The position numbers were made by a program, and so were the translations under genes. A DNA stretch of 64,000 bases, taken from the NCBI GenBank assembly GCA_963827655.1, contig CAWHCF010000008.1:64001-128000 (forward strand), in the 5' to 3' direction. Below, piece after piece: positions 61,942-64,000 of this stretch (positions are counted from its first letter, which is position 1; each line of letters opens with the position of its first letter). The DNA is from an uncultured Acidobacteriota bacterium. GTDB taxonomy: Bacteria > Acidobacteriota > UBA6911. The notes under the pieces were generated by a model that was not told the DNA's origin, made no database searches, and saw only the letters and a program-made list of their open reading frames with translations.

Positions 61942-64000
61942 GTGTTTCGAAGCTTAAGAGACAAGCTTCTGTTTCTCATGATCAACCTTTCGCTTGTCCC
62001 ACTGGCGGCGATATCGATGGTTTCGTACTTTATCGGCAGCCGGCAAATTGCCGAGGATCGCATCAAGCTGTCGCTGGAGAAGATGGCGCAAGACACGGCG
62101 GACAAGATCGACCTCATGCTGCGGGAGAAGAAAGAGGAAAGCCAATCGATGGCGACAAGCTTCGCCCTGATTTCCCCTGCGGTTGATGATCGACATCGTG
62201 CTGCCATCACACGCCTCCTGAACAACTATTGCTTCAATCACGAGGTTTACGACGCGTTGGTCATCCTGGACCGGACGGGGAAGATCGTGGCGATCAATTC
62301 GGCCGATCGAGACGGCGCGGCCCTTAAACCAGGAAAGATCGGGCAGGTCCTGGACGGCAAGATTGGTGAGTATCCCGAGGAAATGGCGATATTCAAGAAT
62401 TCTGTAGCCGGGCTTTCTTCTCAACGAGACTGGTATCAGTCGAAGCTGGTGGCGAGTCTCTATGATTACAGGAAGGAGGATATCAGCCATCAATTCAACA
62501 TCGCCTTTTCGGAGCCGATTCGGAACCCATTCACCCATGAGATTGTGGGAGTCTGGATCAATATCATTAACTGGTCCTACTTCCAAAGCATTCTGGACCG
62601 GGTGGAGGCCGACCTGGAGAGTTTGAGGCTCCGCACGGGATACGCCTTCATGTTCGCTCGAGATGCCAACACAATTATCGCCCACAAGTACCGGGCTCAG
62701 CGAAGTCCAGTCGAGGGGATGTCCGAGAGACCCGAGACCTACATGAATCTCTATCAAACAAGGCTGGTCGAGGACCTTGGGCTGCAGAATCTGCACGACG
62801 CGGTCAAGCGCAACGAGCGCAGCTATGGTTATGAATTCCCCAAGGATAACAGCAAGATATCCGGACTTTATCCTATCGACGACACCTCTTTCGGGTGGGT
62901 TGTCGGTGTCGGGATCGATGGCGCGGATATCTTCAGACCGATCCAAAATATGAAGTGGCTGCTTATCGGAACCTTCGTATTGACCGCCGCTCTAGTGGTA
63001 TTCTTCACGTACATGGTTGCCCAAGGGATCACGATCCCTCTCAACAACCTCATTCGAACCACCAAGACGATCGCACAAGGCAACTTCAACGAGCGCGTGC
63101 AGATTCGTTCCTATGACGAGGTAGGAATCCTGGGTTCAACCTTCAATGATATGGCCCGAGCCCTGTCTGCACGTGAAGAACAGCTGCAGGAGTTAAACAA
63201 GAATCTCGAGAGCATGGTTCGGCAGCGTACCAAGGAGCTGGAAACCTCTCATGAAGCGCTGAAGCAGGCTTATCTCGATCTGCAGAGCACCCAGGAGCAG
63301 CTCGTGCAGACGGAGAAAATGGCGTCCCTGGGACAGCTTGTGGCAGGAATAGCGCACGAAATCAAGAATCCCCTGAACTTTATTTATGGCAACACAGGCT
63401 TCCTGTCCGAGTACACACAAAAGCTGCAGGAGCTTTTGGAGGCCTACGAGAAGCTCCCAAGCTTGAGTCCCGAGGATCGCGCCTGGATGGAGAAGATCAA
63501 GGACAATGCCAACTACGCGTTCGTCAAGGACGATCTGAAAGTTCTGGTCGACAATTTCACCGAGGGAGCTCGGCGCATCAATACGATCGTATCAGACCTC
63601 CGTACTTTCTCCCGGATGGATACAGATGCGGTCTCCGAAATCGATCTCCACGCAACCCTCGACATATCACTGAATCTACTGCGGAACCAGTATAAGAATC
63701 GGGTGGAAGTTCATCGCCAGTATGGCGACATTCCGAGGATCCAAGGTTATTCGGGGAAGTTAGGCCAGGTGTTCATGAATCTTCTGTCCAACGCGTTTCA
63801 CGCGATCCAGGGGAAAGGCGATGTCTGGATTCGGACCCGTTCCTCCAACGGCATCGTGGATGTGGAAATCGAAGACAGCGGGTCAGGCATTCCGAAAGAG
63901 AACCTGAATCGCATTTTCGAACCTTTTTTTACGACCAAACCCGTTGGGCACGGGACCGGGCTGGGCCTAAGTATCAGTTACGGCATCATCGAACAGCATA
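61942..64000 (+). CDS. Membrane sensor histidine kinase (extracytoplasmic sensor, HAMP, HisKA, HATPase), 3' end outside the window
   Basis: GTG start after GGAGGA; TM1 [52 protein letters not shown] in one frame. Missing from the ORF track because there is no stop in the window. Confidence 0.93.
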   Translation, partial: MFRSLRDKLLFLMINLSLVPLAAISMVSYFIGSRQIAEDRIKLSLEKMAQDTADKIDLMLREKKEESQSMATSFALISPAVDDRHRAAITRLLNNYCFNHEVYDALVILDRTGKIVAINSADRDGAALKPGKIGQVLDGKIGEYPEEMAIFKNSVAGLSSQRDWYQSKLVASLYDYRKEDISHQFNIAFSEPIRNPFTHEIVGVWINIINWSYFQSILDRVEADLESLRLRTGYAFMFARDANTIIAHKYRAQRSPVEGMSERPETYMNLYQTRLVEDLGLQNLHDAVKRNERSYGYEFPKDNSKISGLYPIDDTSFGWVVGVGIDGADIFRPIQNMKWLLIGTFVLTAALVVFFTYMVAQGITIPLNNLIRTTKTIAQGNFNERVQIRSYDEVGILGSTFNDMARALSAREEQLQELNKNLESMVRQRTKELETSHEALKQAYLDLQSTQEQLVQTEKMASLGQLVAGIAHEIKNPLNFIYGNTGFLSEYTQKLQELLEAYEKLPSLSPEDRAWMEKIKDNANYAFVKDDLKVLVDNFTEGARRINTIVSDLRTFSRMDTDAVSEIDLHATLDISLNLLRNQYKNRVEVHRQYGDIPRIQGYSGKLGQVFMNLLSNAFHAIQGKGDVWIRTRSSNGIVDVEIEDSGSGIPKENLNRIFEPFFTTKPVGHGTGLGLSISYGIIEQH

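Noticed and set aside
61954-62946. 330-aa minus-strand ORF, and similar long antisense ORFs over rpoB, rpoC, coxL and tuf
   Set aside because: They are shadows of well-supported genes on the opposite strand in GC-rich DNA.

Overview
This 64-kb bacterial window is most likely from Acidobacteriota, based on a Cys-rich insertion near the RpoB N-terminus, an Oar-like TonB-dependent receptor and a Solibacter-type surface protein. Single-base indels break many genes, including tuf, rpoB and rpoC, so most frameshifts are probably uncorrected read errors. Contents from left to right: (1) the 3' part of a putative surface-layer protein followed by three GT2 and two GT-C (PMT/ArnT-like) glycosyltransferases; (2) the tRNA(Thr,Tyr,Gly,Thr)-tuf-rpmG-tRNA-Trp-secE-nusG-rplKAJL-rpoBC cluster; (3) a methyltransferase and a GC-rich class A beta-lactamase-like hydrolase; (4) a form I (AYRCSFR) aerobic CO dehydrogenase cluster with divergent coxDE, an XdhC-YHS fusion and a SufU/IscU-like gene; (5) two copies of a 233-bp MITE bracketing a di-heme protein gene and a type IV pilin; (6) a pilB/pilT/pilC locus split by an ~8-kb insert with a pilB remnant at one edge; (7) a UbiA prenyltransferase and a hydantoinase B/enolase-family racemase/Asp racemase/HAD operon; (8) a frameshifted Tat-exported protein; (9) a SAM-I riboswitch over a threonine-synthase homolog plus ubiquitin-like sulfur carrier; (10) an ECF sigma/anti-sigma/Spy-like operon and a sensor kinase running off the end. 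The best leads are the CODH maturation module, the SAM-controlled ThrC/sulfur-carrier pair, the structured MITE, the extreme purine-ending codon skew confined to tuf, and the surface-protein glycosylation locus.
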